Source: a bacterium (lineage in GTDB: Bacteria; Desulfobacterota; DSWW01). Taken from it: a DNA stretch of 64,000 nt. Below are positions 9,071 through 20,085 of the stretch, in pieces. The stretch lies in assembly GCA_040756235.1 (NCBI GenBank), contig JBFLZG010000130.1, positions 32,001-96,000 on the forward strand, in the 5' to 3' direction. The first letter of the stretch is position 1, and each line of letters starts with the position of its first letter. The notes under the pieces are model-generated. The model was given only the letters and a program-made list of their open reading frames with translations. It was not told the DNA's origin and did not search any database. The position numbers and the translations under genes were made by a program.

Positions 9071-10165
9071 ATGGACCCAAACGACTCTGAAAAATCCGGC
9101 TCGCCGGGCGAGAGCCTGCTGCAGACCGAATCGTTCGGCGAAGTCCTGTCCTTGCTGCGAAAATCGATGCCGCCCGGCACCTCGATCGAAACCGTCACAC
9201 CCCTTGAAGGGGATGCGTCCGACCGCAGGTATTTCCGGATCCGATATCGCGTCGACCCTAGCGCCCGTGCCGCAGCCGCCATCCTCATGCGGCTGGCCAA
9301 TCCCTGGGCGCCGGAGGAACGGCGGCCCGATCTGCCCTTTGTCAACGTCGCCAGGCACCTGTCTGAAAAGGGGCTTCCGGTTCCCCGCATCCTCGTCGAT
9401 GCCGCTCGCGAGGGCTTTGTCCTGCTGGAGGATGCCGGCGATGCCACGCTGCAGCAGGCGCTCCGGGCCTGTGCGGCGACGGAGAGGAGGGCGAGGTACA
9501 GGGAGGCCGTGGATCTCCTCGTTCGCATGCAGCGCGAGGCATCGAAGCCCTCCGGCTCGCCGTGCTATGCCCTCCAGTTCGCCTTCGATGGAGAGACCTT
9601 TTTCCGGGAGCTGTGTTTTTTCGCGGACCATGCGATCGAGGGCCTCTGGAAGAAAAAGATGCGCGCCCCTGACCGGGTCGAGATGGAGGCGCTCTTCCAC
9701 GACCTGTGCCGGAAGGTTGCGGACCTTCCGAGGGTGTTCACACATCGGGACTACCACTCGCGCAACCTCATGGTCCGGCCGGGGGGGCTGCTCATGCTGG
9801 ATTTCCAGGACGCTCGGCTCGGCCCCTACACCTATGACCTGGCCTCCCTGCTGCTCGATTCCTACGTTGCGCTCGAGCCGCAAGAGCAGGAAGACCTGTT
9901 GCTGTATTACTGCGAGGGCTCGAGCAGGGGCGGAGCGGACTTTGGCCGCCGAGCCAGGATCAGGGAGGAGCTCGCCAGGACGGGACTGCAGCGCAATCTA
10001 AAGGCCATCGGTACGTTCGCCTACCAGGCAGTGGTCAGAAAGAACGAACGCTACTTGCCTTACGTACCCGGCACGGTGTGCTCGGTGCGCCGCACGCTCG
10101 AGCGCTACGAGGACCTGACTCCCCTGCGGAAGCTGCTCGAAAAGTACGTGGAAGGGCTGAGTTGA
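9071..10165 (+). CDS. APH-family phosphotransferase, AmgK-like
   Basis: LEGDASDRRYFR, LLEDAGD, HRDYHSRNLM, LDFQDARLGP..YDLASLL, QRNLKAIGTF. Confidence 0.88.
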   Translation: MDPNDSEKSGSPGESLLQTESFGEVLSLLRKSMPPGTSIETVTPLEGDASDRRYFRIRYRVDPSARAAAAILMRLANPWAPEERRPDLPFVNVARHLSEKGLPVPRILVDAAREGFVLLEDAGDATLQQALRACAATERRARYREAVDLLVRMQREASKPSGSPCYALQFAFDGETFFRELCFFADHAIEGLWKKKMRAPDRVEMEALFHDLCRKVADLPRVFTHRDYHSRNLMVRPGGLLMLDFQDARLGPYTYDLASLLLDSYVALEPQEQEDLLLYYCEGSSRGGADFGRRARIREELARTGLQRNLKAIGTFAYQAVVRKNERYLPYVPGTVCSVRRTLERYEDLTPLRKLLEKYVEGLS

Positions 10166-10264
10166 AACGCCACCGCTCCTCGCACGGCGCGCGCCCGAGA
10201 GGCAGGGCCGGAACGGCGCTGGTGGGCCGAAGTTCCCGAACAACCCGTTCCCCGAGTAGCCCGT

Positions 10265-10294
10265 TTGACCCGCCGGAGCAAGATATGCTATAAA
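10265..10294 (+). promoter_or_regulatory. Putative sigma70 promoter for the acyl-CoA dehydrogenase
   Basis: TTGACC-N18-TATAAA with TG extension. Confidence 0.45.
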
Positions 10295-10299
10295 AACCA

Positions 10300-10450
10300 A
10301 CCTGTTGCAAAGGCAGATGGGAAGCACGAGGAGGCCGGAGCGCCGCTTTGTGCGGCAAGGGGAGTGCCGAGGAGGTACCTCGCACGCCGGTGTGAAATGC
10401 CGGGGTGCGAGGCACGCGGGCCGCCGCAGATCGGGCGTTTGTCGACGGCC
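10300..10450. repeat. Degenerate MITE copy
   Basis: Ends CCTGTTGCAAAGGCAGATG and GCCGCAGATCGGGCGTTTGTCGACGGCC resemble the family termini. Confidence 0.5.
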
Positions 10451-10469
10451 GCAAAGGGAGGAGGAGACG

Positions 10470-11630
10470 ATGCCCCAGTATGAGCTGACTGAAGAACAGA
10501 GAATGCTGCAGGAGACGGTGGCCAGGATCGCCAAGGCACAGGTCGAGCCCGGAGCAGAGCATCGGGACAGGGAAGGGAAGTTCGACTGGAGCATGGTGAG
10601 CGTGCTCCGGGAGAACGGGCTCCTCGGGATCGATTTCCCGGAAAAGCACGGGGGCGCCGAGGCCGGTCTGTTGAGCCTGATGCTCGTAGTCGAAGAGCTT
10701 TCCAAGGTCGACGCCTCGGTCGGTCTGCTGCCTGCCGTGCAGGAGCTTGGTACGCTTCCCATTCTCCTGGCCGGGAACGAGGCCCAGAAGGCCAAGTACC
10801 TGCCTGCTCTCGCCAGCGGTGAGAAGCTTGCCGCCTTCGGCCTGACCGAGGCGCGCGGCGGCTCGGATGTGGCCGAGCTGAGAACCAAGGCGGTCCGGGA
10901 CGGCGATCACTTCATCCTGAACGGAAGCAAGATGTTCATTTCGAACGGAAGCGTGGCCGAGACGCACACCGTTTACGCCCTCACGAGCCCTGAGCAGAAG
11001 ACACATCGAAGAGGCAGCGTCTTCATCGTCGAGAAGGGCACGCCCGGATTCTCGGTGGGAAAGAAAGAGGACAAGATGGGCATCCGCTCCTCGGACACGG
11101 TGGAGCTCGTATTCGAAGACTGCCGCGTGCCCGCGGAGAACCTCCTGGCCGAAGAGGGGTCGGGCTTCTCGGTCATGATGAAGACGTTGGATTTCAGCCG
11201 GCCCGGGATTGCCGCCCAGGCACTGGGAATCGCGGCTGGCGCGGCCGAGTACGCGGCGAAGTACGCCAAAGAGCGGATCGCCTTCGGCAAGCCGATCGCC
11301 AGCTTTCAGGGGATTTCCTTCAAGCTGGCGGACATGTTCATCGAGATCGAGGCCGCCCGGCAGCTGCTCTACAAATGCGCCTCCGTGCTGCAGGAGTGCC
11401 CGAAGGACATGAGCCGGCTCCTGCCCGAGCAGATCCGCCTCTCGTCAGCCGCAAAGACCTTCTGCGGGGATACGGCCATGTGGGTGACGGTCGAAGCCGT
11501 GCAGGTCCTGGGCGGTTACGGGTACAGCCGGGAATATCCGGTGGAGCGCTTCATGCGGGACGCGAAGATCACCCAGATCTACGAAGGCACGCAGGAAATC
11601 CAGAGGATGGTCGTGGCCAACACCCTGTGA
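10470..11630 (+). CDS. Acyl-CoA dehydrogenase
   Basis: AFGLTEARGGSD, NGSKMFISNG, KKEDKMGIRSS, AVQVLGGYGYSREYPVERFMRDAKITQIYEGT; strong RBS. Confidence 0.95.
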   Translation: MPQYELTEEQRMLQETVARIAKAQVEPGAEHRDREGKFDWSMVSVLRENGLLGIDFPEKHGGAEAGLLSLMLVVEELSKVDASVGLLPAVQELGTLPILLAGNEAQKAKYLPALASGEKLAAFGLTEARGGSDVAELRTKAVRDGDHFILNGSKMFISNGSVAETHTVYALTSPEQKTHRRGSVFIVEKGTPGFSVGKKEDKMGIRSSDTVELVFEDCRVPAENLLAEEGSGFSVMMKTLDFSRPGIAAQALGIAAGAAEYAAKYAKERIAFGKPIASFQGISFKLADMFIEIEAARQLLYKCASVLQECPKDMSRLLPEQIRLSSAAKTFCGDTAMWVTVEAVQVLGGYGYSREYPVERFMRDAKITQIYEGTQEIQRMVVANTL

Positions 11631-11639
11631 AGACAACAA

Positions 11640-11667
11640 GTAGGGGCGAAAGATTTTTCGCCCCTAC
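11640..11667. repeat. GTAG-type REP palindrome
   Basis: GTAGGGGCGAAAGATTTTTCGCCCCTAC. Confidence 0.65.
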
Positions 11668-11716
11668 TCCTTGACCTCCAACCTGGATTCGCAGGGTGTC
11701 GAAAAATCCTCTCTTG

Positions 11717-11892
11717 AGAGGCTGTTGAGAAACGGCCAGATGCAAGGCGCGCGAAATTCCGAGGCCTGTTCCGAGGGACCCGAGGGCGACGAGGAAACCC
11801 CCGGGTACCCTTGGCCGTCGTACAGTTGCGCAGGGGATTGCTTCGCTCCGCTCGCAACAGGCGCCGCAGATGGCCGTTTCTCGACAGCCTCT
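11717..11892. mobile_element. MITE-like repeat, subtype B
   Basis: AGAGGCTGTTGAGAAACGGCCAGATGC ... GCAGATGGCCGTTTCTCGACAGCCTCT; abuts the Nif3 gene stop; extra CAGGGTGTCGAAAAA just outside. Confidence 0.78.
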
Positions 11893-12651
11893 TCAGAAGG
11901 GGCAGCCGGTCCTGAAGAAGTGAACCGGCAGCTTGAATTTCTTTTGCAGGTGTCGGCCCAGGGCCTTCACGCCGAAGGTTTCGGTCCTGTAGTGGCCGGC
12001 AAAGAGAACGTTCAAGCCCAGCTCCCGGGCCGCATCGTATGCCGCCTCCTTGGCCTCGCCCGTGAGGAACAGATCGAGACCGACCCGATTGGCCTCCTCC
12101 AGGAAGGAGAGATCGCTCGCAGACCCGGAGACGATGCCCACACGGGAGACGCGGTGCGGTCCGAACCGCAGCAGCGTCTTGGGGACGCCGATCTTCCGGC
12201 TGACGACGGCCATGATTTGCCCGAGGGAAGCGGGAGCGGCCAGGCGTCCCTGGACTCCGATCGCCCGGGGGCCGTAGGTCCCGAAAGGCTCGGTCCCGCT
12301 CAGGCCGAGAAGGCGGGCGATTTCGGCGTTGTTGCCCACCTCGGGGTGCGCGTCGAGGGGGAGGTGGGCGGCGTAGAGCGCGATGTCCGCTTCGAGCAAG
12401 GCGCGGATACGGCCGTACAGGACTCCGCAGACAGGGGCAGGGTCGCTCCACAGAATGCCGTGGTGGACCAGAAGGAGGTTACATCTTTGCCTGGAAGCCT
12501 GCTCGATAGACTCCAGGCAGGCGTCCACCGCGAGCGCGATCCGATCGGCGGAGCCGGAATTCTCGACCTGGAGACCGTTGACGGAAGCGTCCGAAAAAGC
12601 GCCCCGGTCGAGGTAACGGTCCAGATAGGAGACGATGTCGGCAAGTTTCAC
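11893..12651 (-). CDS. Nif3-like dinuclear metal center protein
   Basis: DASVNGLQVE, LLVHHG, YAAHLPLDAHPEVGNN, FLTGE, AGHYRTETFG. Confidence 0.94.
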   Translation of the reverse strand: MKLADIVSYLDRYLDRGAFSDASVNGLQVENSGSADRIALAVDACLESIEQASRQRCNLLLVHHGILWSDPAPVCGVLYGRIRALLEADIALYAAHLPLDAHPEVGNNAEIARLLGLSGTEPFGTYGPRAIGVQGRLAAPASLGQIMAVVSRKIGVPKTLLRFGPHRVSRVGIVSGSASDLSFLEEANRVGLDLFLTGEAKEAAYDAARELGLNVLFAGHYRTETFGVKALGRHLQKKFKLPVHFFRTGCPF

Positions 12652-12884
12652 GATCCCCCTCTTCAGCAGATAGATGGGGCCATCTGTCAGCCGCTGCCAC
12701 TATCGAGTTCGGTTGTCTATAACACTTCACGCAGAGAAGTGTCGAATCCTGTCCGGCAGGGCCGCCCTCGATGATGAACGGCTTCCTCAGGCTCGTTGAC
12801 TCGAAGGGCACCCTTCTGATAATCACGTAGGATCCGACAGGCGGGGCCGTGCGGCGCCATTCGCAGGGCAAGGGAACGGGAGAG

Positions 12885-13754
12885 ATGGAAATACACCGAC
12901 AAGCAAACCAAAAAATGACGACGCGGGGCTCTTCAGCCGCGCGCTCCCTGGCGGCCGCCGGACTGATCGTTTGGGTGGCCGGGGTGTGCGGCTGTGCTTA
13001 TTTCAAGGAGAAGCCGGAGCTCACTGCAGAGGAGAACTTTCGGAAGGGCACCGAGGAATTCAATAAAGAGCATTACGAGTCCGCCATCCCGTTTTTTCAG
13101 AAGATCCTGGAAAGCTATCCGTTCAGCATCCATGCCGTGCCGGCGGAGCTGAAGGTCGGCGAGTGCTATTTTCTCGAGGAGAAATATCCGGAAGCGCTCG
13201 TGCACCTGCAAGGGTTCGAGGAACTGCACCCCACCAACGATCAGATCCCGTACGTGATCTGGATGAAGGCGGTGTCCTACTCAGAGCAATTCTCCACGAT
13301 CGACCGGGACGTGACTTCGCTGGAGAGCGCGCAGAAGGAGCTTCAGAAGCTGCGGCAGCGTTTTCCCCAGAGCCCCTATGCGGAGAAGGCGGAGGATCTG
13401 CTCCGGGAGGTTCGGACGAAGCTGGCCGAGCATGATTTTTACGTGGCTCGTTTTTACTATCGGGACGGAAAGTTCAATGCCGCGCTGCCGCGCTACAAGA
13501 GGATTCTGGAGAAGTTCCCCGAGGCCGGAATCGCGGACCATGCGCTTTATGAGGCAGGGAAGTGCCATTACTTTCTGAACGAGGACGATGCAGCGAGAGA
13601 CAGCTTTACCCGGTTGGTTCAGGCCTACCCTGAGAGTGAGTACCGGGGCAAGGCCGAGGAGTTCCTGCAGGATCTCAACGACGGCCGCTATACGGTCGTC
13701 TCCAGGTACTTCCGGGCAAAGGAGAGGGTGTTCCGCTGGTTCGGCTACGAATAG
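12885..13754 (+). CDS. bamD: Outer membrane assembly lipoprotein BamD-like (TPR)
   Basis: Lipobox VCGC; YPFS..A..AELK, FEELHPTN, DRD, LAEHDFYVARFY; extra C-terminal TPR; start uncertain. Confidence 0.85.
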   Translation: MEIHRQANQKMTTRGSSAARSLAAAGLIVWVAGVCGCAYFKEKPELTAEENFRKGTEEFNKEHYESAIPFFQKILESYPFSIHAVPAELKVGECYFLEEKYPEALVHLQGFEELHPTNDQIPYVIWMKAVSYSEQFSTIDRDVTSLESAQKELQKLRQRFPQSPYAEKAEDLLREVRTKLAEHDFYVARFYYRDGKFNAALPRYKRILEKFPEAGIADHALYEAGKCHYFLNEDDAARDSFTRLVQAYPESEYRGKAEEFLQDLNDGRYTVVSRYFRAKERVFRWFGYE

Positions 13755-13756
13755 CG

Positions 13757-13933
13757 GAGGCTGTCCAAAAACGCCCATCTGCGCAGCCTGTTGCGAGCGA
13801 AGCGAAGTAATCCCCCCTGGCACCATACTTGCGGCGGCCAGCTGTGCCCGGGGGTTTCCTCGTCGCTCAGGCTCCTCGGAACAGGCCTCAGGACTTCGCC
13901 TGCCTTGCATCTGGGCATTTTTGAACAGCCTCT
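13757..13933. mobile_element. MITE-like repeat, subtype B
   Basis: GAGGCTGTCCAAAAACGCCCATCTGC ... GCATCTGGGCATTTTTGAACAGCCTCT; starts 2 nt after the bamD TAG. Confidence 0.78.
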
Positions 13934-13948
13934 GGGACAGGGCTTGGA

Positions 13949-16612
13949 CTAAGAGGTTGATTTCGCCTTCCCGGACGCTGCGGCCAGCAACGCCTTGAGT
14001 CGCTCGAAGGCCCCGGGCACGGCCTCCGGCCGCGAGCCTCCCGCCTGCGCCATTTCCGGCTTGCCTCCGCCGCTGCCCCCCACTTCCTTGGCCACCTCGC
14101 GGATGAGGTTGCCGGCATGGAGGGGAGGGATGAGGTCCTTCGTGACGGACAGGATGAGCTGGACCTTCCCCTGATCGCCACTGGCCAGGAGGACGACTCC
14201 GCTGCGGAGCCGGTCCTTGATGAAGTCGGCCAGCTTGCGCAGCGTGGCCGCATCCGCCTCGTATTGCGCCGTGACGACCGGAATGGCGCCGATCTTCTCC
14301 GCGGAGGCGAGGATCTCTTCGGCCTTCTCGAGCAGCTGATCCTTGTGCTTCGACTGCAGTCCTTTTTCCAGCTCCTTGTGCTTGTCCTGAAGCCGCTGGA
14401 TGCGCTGGAGGACCTCTCCGGGCCTCGCTTGGAGAGCCGAGGAGACCTGCCGGTACTCCTTTTCGAGATCCTGCACGTAGCGGGTGGCTCCTTCGCCCGT
14501 AAGGGCCTCGATCCGCCTCACCCCGGCCGCCACGCTGGACTCGTGAACGATCTTGAAGAACCCGATGTCTCCGGTCCTCGTCACGTGCGTGCCGCCGCAC
14601 AGCTCTTTGCTGAACCCTCCGATGTTGGCCAGGCGGACGACATCCCCGTATTTTTCCCCGAACAAGGCGATCGCCTTCTGTGCCTGGGCTTCCTGGAAGG
14701 ACAGGTGGCGGACCTCCATCGAGTGGTTTTCGCGGATCCTTTCGTTCACCAGAGCCTCTACGGACCGGGTCTCTTCTTCGCTCAGCGGGGCGAAATGGGT
14801 GAAGTCGAAGCGGAGCCGATCCGGCGAGACCAGAGAGCCGGACTGCCGGACGTGGTCTCCGAGGAGAGTCCTGAGGGCGAACTGAAGAAGATGCGTTGCC
14901 GTATGGTTCCCGGCGGTCGCTCTTCTGCGCCGCCCATCCACCCGCAGCAGGACCTCTTCGCCCTCCTGAAGCCGCCCCCGGGTTACCTTTCCCGTGTGAA
15001 GAATCGTATGCCCCGGACCGTAGTACGTATTCGTGACCAGAAAAGAGCCGCGGGCGCCTTCGATCACCCCTTGGTCCCCGACCTGCCCTCCGCTTTCCGC
15101 ATAGAAGGGCGTCTGCTGGACCACGAGCTCGGCCTCGTCCCCCTCCCGCACCTCGGGCGTCCGCTTGCCCCCGGTCACGAGGAGCGCGATGACCGATGTG
15201 TTCTCGAGCCTGTCGTAGCCCACGAATTCACTCTGGACCCCGGCCAAGGCTCCTTCCTGGCTCCACCTTCCTGCATCCGTCCCTTTCCACGAAGCCCTGG
15301 CCTTCTCTTTCTGCTCCTCCATGCACGCGGCGAACCCATCGAGGTCCACGGCGAGCTTTCTCTCGGCCGCCAGATCCTGGGTCAGCTCGGGCGGAAAACC
15401 GTAGGTGTCGTAGAGCTTGAATACGAGATGGCCGGGCAGGGTCCCGCCCCCGGCCGCCTCCAGCTTGTCCAGCTCGGTCTGGAAGATGCGGATGCCGGTC
15501 TCCAGGGTCTCGAGAAACCGCTTTTCCTCGCTGCCGAGGACGCGGGAGACGAAGGCGCGGTTGTCCGCGAGCTCCGGGTAGCTCTGACGGAACATGGCGA
15601 GGATGACCTCGAGAACGCGGTCCACGAGCGGTCCGGCGTGCCCGAGCCTGCGGGCGTGCACCAGGGAGCGGCGCAGGATGCGTCTGAGGACGTAGCCGCG
15701 GCCCTCGTTCGAGGGCAGCACGCCGTCCGAGACCAGAAAGGCCGCTCCGCGCAGGTGGTCCGCTATGATGCGGCAGGATCGCAGGGCGGCCGCGTCCATC
15801 GTCTCCAGCCTCAGGCCGCAGATCTCGCTGATCGATTCCAGAAGGGGCCGAAACAGGTCGGTCTCGAAGATGCTGGGCTTTTCCTGCAGCACGAGGGCGA
15901 TCCTCTCCAGGCCCATGCCGGTGTCGATGTTCTTGGCCGGCAGCGGCTCGAACACGTCCTCGCCCCGTTTGTTGTACTGCATGAATACAAGGTTCCAGAT
16001 CTCCAGGAAGCGGCCGCACGCGCAGTTGGGCCGGCAAGAGGCGCCCAGGCTGCACGGGTTCCGGGTGAGGTCGAAATGGATCTCCGAGCACGGGCCGCAG
16101 GGACCCGTGGGCCCCGGAGGGCCCCAGAAGTTGTCCGTCGTGCCGAAGCGAAAGATCTTGGCCGCCGGTACGCCTCGGGCCTGCCAGAGATCGGCCGCCT
16201 CCTGGTCCTCGGGGATGACCCGCTCGCCGCCGAAGATGGTGACCGAGAGCCGCTCCTCCGGAATCCCCCAAGCGCGGGTGAGCAACTCCCAGGCAAAAGA
16301 GATGGCTTCCTTCTTGAAGTAGTCGCCGACAGAGAAGTTGCCCAGCATCTCGAAGAACGTGTCGTGGGTGGCGTCCCCGACCGCGTCGATGTCCGAGGTG
16401 CGGAAGCACTTCTGCACGCTGGTCAGGCGGCGGCCGGGCGGAGCTTGCTCCCCCAGGAAGTAAGGCTTGAACTGCTGCATGCCGGCGGTGGTCAACAGCA
16501 CGGTCGGATCGTCGGACGGGATCAGAGACGAGGAACGGACCCAGAGGTGCCCTCTGTCCTGAAAAAAACGCAGAAACTCGTCGCGAATCTGCTGTGCGGA
16601 AAGGTGCTTCAC
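13949..16612 (-). CDS. alaS: Alanine--tRNA ligase
   Basis: AGMQQFKPYF, TFFEMLGNFS, EIWNLVFMQY, IDTGMGLER, NHTATHLL, ELCGGTH, GGGK; GTG overlaps the pilT stop. Confidence 0.97.
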   Translation of the reverse strand: MKHLSAQQIRDEFLRFFQDRGHLWVRSSSLIPSDDPTVLLTTAGMQQFKPYFLGEQAPPGRRLTSVQKCFRTSDIDAVGDATHDTFFEMLGNFSVGDYFKKEAISFAWELLTRAWGIPEERLSVTIFGGERVIPEDQEAADLWQARGVPAAKIFRFGTTDNFWGPPGPTGPCGPCSEIHFDLTRNPCSLGASCRPNCACGRFLEIWNLVFMQYNKRGEDVFEPLPAKNIDTGMGLERIALVLQEKPSIFETDLFRPLLESISEICGLRLETMDAAALRSCRIIADHLRGAAFLVSDGVLPSNEGRGYVLRRILRRSLVHARRLGHAGPLVDRVLEVILAMFRQSYPELADNRAFVSRVLGSEEKRFLETLETGIRIFQTELDKLEAAGGGTLPGHLVFKLYDTYGFPPELTQDLAAERKLAVDLDGFAACMEEQKEKARASWKGTDAGRWSQEGALAGVQSEFVGYDRLENTSVIALLVTGGKRTPEVREGDEAELVVQQTPFYAESGGQVGDQGVIEGARGSFLVTNTYYGPGHTILHTGKVTRGRLQEGEEVLLRVDGRRRRATAGNHTATHLLQFALRTLLGDHVRQSGSLVSPDRLRFDFTHFAPLSEEETRSVEALVNERIRENHSMEVRHLSFQEAQAQKAIALFGEKYGDVVRLANIGGFSKELCGGTHVTRTGDIGFFKIVHESSVAAGVRRIEALTGEGATRYVQDLEKEYRQVSSALQARPGEVLQRIQRLQDKHKELEKGLQSKHKDQLLEKAEEILASAEKIGAIPVVTAQYEADAATLRKLADFIKDRLRSGVVLLASGDQGKVQLILSVTKDLIPPLHAGNLIREVAKEVGGSGGGKPEMAQAGGSRPEAVPGAFERLKALLAAASGKAKSTS

Positions 16613-17787
16613 TTCTCGAACCTCTCGATGTGGACCTGGGTGTCGTCCGCGCTGCCGCTCTGCTCTCGCTCCTGCTCGATTCTTGCGTCCAAGCCTTCCC
16701 ACCGGGAGTCGCTGGTCGAATAGATGCCGCGCACCTTGAGGGCGAAGTCGTCGGGGTTGCTGCTCTGGAGGAGCGCCTCTTCGTAGGTGATCAGCTGTTT
16801 CTCCAGGAGGTACATGAGAGACTGATCGAACGTCTGCATGCCGTACGTCGTGTACCCCTTGGCGATGGCGTCCCGTATCTCCTTGGTCTTGGTCCCGTCC
16901 TCGATGCACTGGCGAATGAAAGCCGTGTCGATCATGACTTCCACGGCGGGAACGCGGCCGCGTCCGTCGGCCCGGGGGACCAGGCGCTGGGAGATGACGC
17001 CCTTGACGATCCCCGCCAGCTGTCTGCGAATCTGCTGCTGCTGGCTCGACGGGAACACGGTGATGATGCGGTGGACGGTTTCGGTGGCGTCCAGCGTGTG
17101 GAGCGTGCTGAGGACCAGGTGCCCGGTTTCGGCAGCGAGCAGTCCGGTCTGGATGGTCTCGAAGTCGCGCATCTCGCCCACCAGGACCACGTCCGGGTCC
17201 TGGCGGAGAGCGGCCCGCAGGGCGCTCGCGAACGACTCCGCGTCGAAACCGACCTCCCGCTGGTTGATGAGACACTTGTGGTCCCGGTGGAGAAATTCGA
17301 TCGGGTCCTCGATCGTGATGATGTGGCAGTTGCGGTGCGTGTTGATGTGGTGGATGATCGCGGCCAAGGTCGTGGACTTGCCGCTGCCGGTCGTCCCGGT
17401 GACCAGGACGAGCCCCCGCTGCTCCAAAGCGATCTTCTTGACGATGGGAGGAAGGAAGAGATCATCGATCGTCTGGATCCGGTAGGGAATGAAACGGCAG
17501 GCGATGCTCGATACGCCTCGCTGCTGGAAGATGTTGATCCGGAAACGGCCCTGGTCCTCGACTCCATAGGAGATGTCGATCTGCTTGCGCTGCTCGTACT
17601 TCTGCATCTGCCATTCGTTCAGGATCTGTCCCACGGCCTCCTGGATTTCCTCGGCCGAGACCGGCGGGTGCTCCTTGTAGGGGTAGAGGGTCCCCATGAT
17701 CCGATAGATCGGTCGCAGACCTGCCCGGATGTGTACATCCGAGGCACCCCGGCTGATGGCGATCTTGAGAATGTCGTTCCACTCCAA
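16609..17787 (-). CDS. pilT: Type IV pilus retraction ATPase PilT/PilU family
   Basis: ASDVHI, GLVLVTGTTGSGKSTT, TIEDPIE, ALRQDPDV, AAETGHLVLSTLHT, GMQTFDQSL; start uncertain. Confidence 0.93.
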   Translation of the reverse strand: MEWNDILKIAISRGASDVHIRAGLRPIYRIMGTLYPYKEHPPVSAEEIQEAVGQILNEWQMQKYEQRKQIDISYGVEDQGRFRINIFQQRGVSSIACRFIPYRIQTIDDLFLPPIVKKIALEQRGLVLVTGTTGSGKSTTLAAIIHHINTHRNCHIITIEDPIEFLHRDHKCLINQREVGFDAESFASALRAALRQDPDVVLVGEMRDFETIQTGLLAAETGHLVLSTLHTLDATETVHRIITVFPSSQQQQIRRQLAGIVKGVISQRLVPRADGRGRVPAVEVMIDTAFIRQCIEDGTKTKEIRDAIAKGYTTYGMQTFDQSLMYLLEKQLITYEEALLQSSNPDDFALKVRGIYSTSDSRWEGLDARIEQEREQSGSADDTQVHIERFEK

Positions 17788-17803
17788 GGCGCTGGCCCTC
17801 TTC

Positions 17804-18835
<1,032 letters not shown>

Positions 18836-18845
18836 GGGCCCCCCT

Positions 18846-19430
18846 TCAGGTGTTCGCCTCTTCGGCGCGGTCGCGAAAATGGAAGTGCTGCAGATTCGTG
18901 TATATCGGCCCGGACGGCCGAAGCTGGCTCCGGATCAGCTCGATCCCGGTTGCGAGCGCTTCACCGACCCGCTCTTTTTGATGCTTTTCCAGGACCTTCT
19001 TCAGCTCGGTCTTGCCTCGGGGACTCTTCACCCTGCCCAATGTGAGATGGGGGCGGAAAGGCTTGTCCGGAGGCGGCCACTGGACCTGGTCCAGCTCTTT
19101 GGAAAGCCTCCTTTCCAGATGGGTCAGGGGCTCGGGAGGCTGCACGCCGACCCAGACGACCTTGGGCGATTGCAGGGTCGGAAAGGCGCCGAGTTCCTCG
19201 ATCCGAAACGAGAACGATTCTGTAACCTCTGCAGCCCTGCCGGCGGCCAGGGAGATCCTCCGGAGGTCACTCTCCGGGATCTCCCCCAGGAAACGAAGAG
19301 TCAGGTGAACGTTCGAGGCTTGCACCCAGCGCACATCGAACTGGGGCAGATCCAGACGCGACCGAAGGTTTTCGAGTGAGTCCCTCAGATCCTCCGGCAG
19401 ACTGATGGCGAGGAAACAGCGGATCGTCAA
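18846..19430 (-). CDS. thpR: RNA 2',3'-cyclic phosphodiesterase (2H)
   Basis: RCFLAI; two HxT motifs, HLTLRFLG and FRPHLTLGR. Confidence 0.93.
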   Translation of the reverse strand: MTIRCFLAISLPEDLRDSLENLRSRLDLPQFDVRWVQASNVHLTLRFLGEIPESDLRRISLAAGRAAEVTESFSFRIEELGAFPTLQSPKVVWVGVQPPEPLTHLERRLSKELDQVQWPPPDKPFRPHLTLGRVKSPRGKTELKKVLEKHQKERVGEALATGIELIRSQLRPSGPIYTNLQHFHFRDRAEEANT

Positions 19431-19484
19431 CGGTCATCCACTCCCGTTTTGCCGCTTCGGCGAATATCCGTGCTCGCGGTCGCG

Positions 19485-19964
19485 TCAAGGCCGGAAAAAC
19501 ATGAAGAGGTGCATTAAAATGTTCGTGTACAAGCCCGCCACCACGTCGTCTAACGTAATCCCCCATCCGCCTGGAAACCTCCGGTCCACGAAGCGCGCCG
19601 GCTCGGGCTTCACTATATCAAAGAGCCTGAACAGAGCACAAGCGCCTGCCAGGGTGGACAGGGACACGGGTATGTAAGCCAGGGCGATCAGGAAGCCCGC
19701 GATCTCGTCCACAACCACGAACTGGGGGTCCCGCTCCTCCAGTTTTTTCTCCACGAACCCGGAGAGGGGAATGGAAACGAGGACGACCCCCAAGCTGCCG
19801 AGCAGATAGCCACCTTCCCCAAGCTCCTTCAATGCGAGAGACAGAGGAACTCCCAGCAGCAGGGTAGCCCATGTGCCCGGTGCTCCGGGCAGGTACCCGA
19901 TGTAACAGCCTGTTGCAAGGAAGTGAACCAATGTACTCAAAAGGGACCTCGCGGCGTGCCGCAC
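19485..19964 (-). CDS. pgpA: Phosphatidylglycerophosphatase A
   Basis: APGTWAT, DPQFVVVDEIAG, FRLFDIVKP, GGWGITLDDVVAG. Confidence 0.94.
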   Translation of the reverse strand: MRHAARSLLSTLVHFLATGCYIGYLPGAPGTWATLLLGVPLSLALKELGEGGYLLGSLGVVLVSIPLSGFVEKKLEERDPQFVVVDEIAGFLIALAYIPVSLSTLAGACALFRLFDIVKPEPARFVDRRFPGGWGITLDDVVAGLYTNILMHLFMFFRP

Positions 19965-20014
19965 CCTTGTGAGAAAGCAAGATCGGGGCCGATGCGTCCG
20001 GCGCGCCCCAGAAC

Positions 20015-20068
20015 GGGTGCCAGGTGTCGGGCTTGGGGTTGAGCGCTGAAACCCGATACCTGAAACCT
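20015..20068. repeat. Inverted heptamer (CAGGTNN) array
   Basis: GGGTGCCAGGTGTCGGG ... CTGAAACCCGATACCTGAAACCT. Confidence 0.55.
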
Positions 20069-20085
20069 CCTCCTCGGCCCCCGGA

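Noticed and set aside
13949..17275. Apparent 1108-aa AlaRS and 695-aa LeuA N-terminal extensions
   Set aside because: The extensions are alternate frames of pilT and pssA; real starts are at 16612 and 29835
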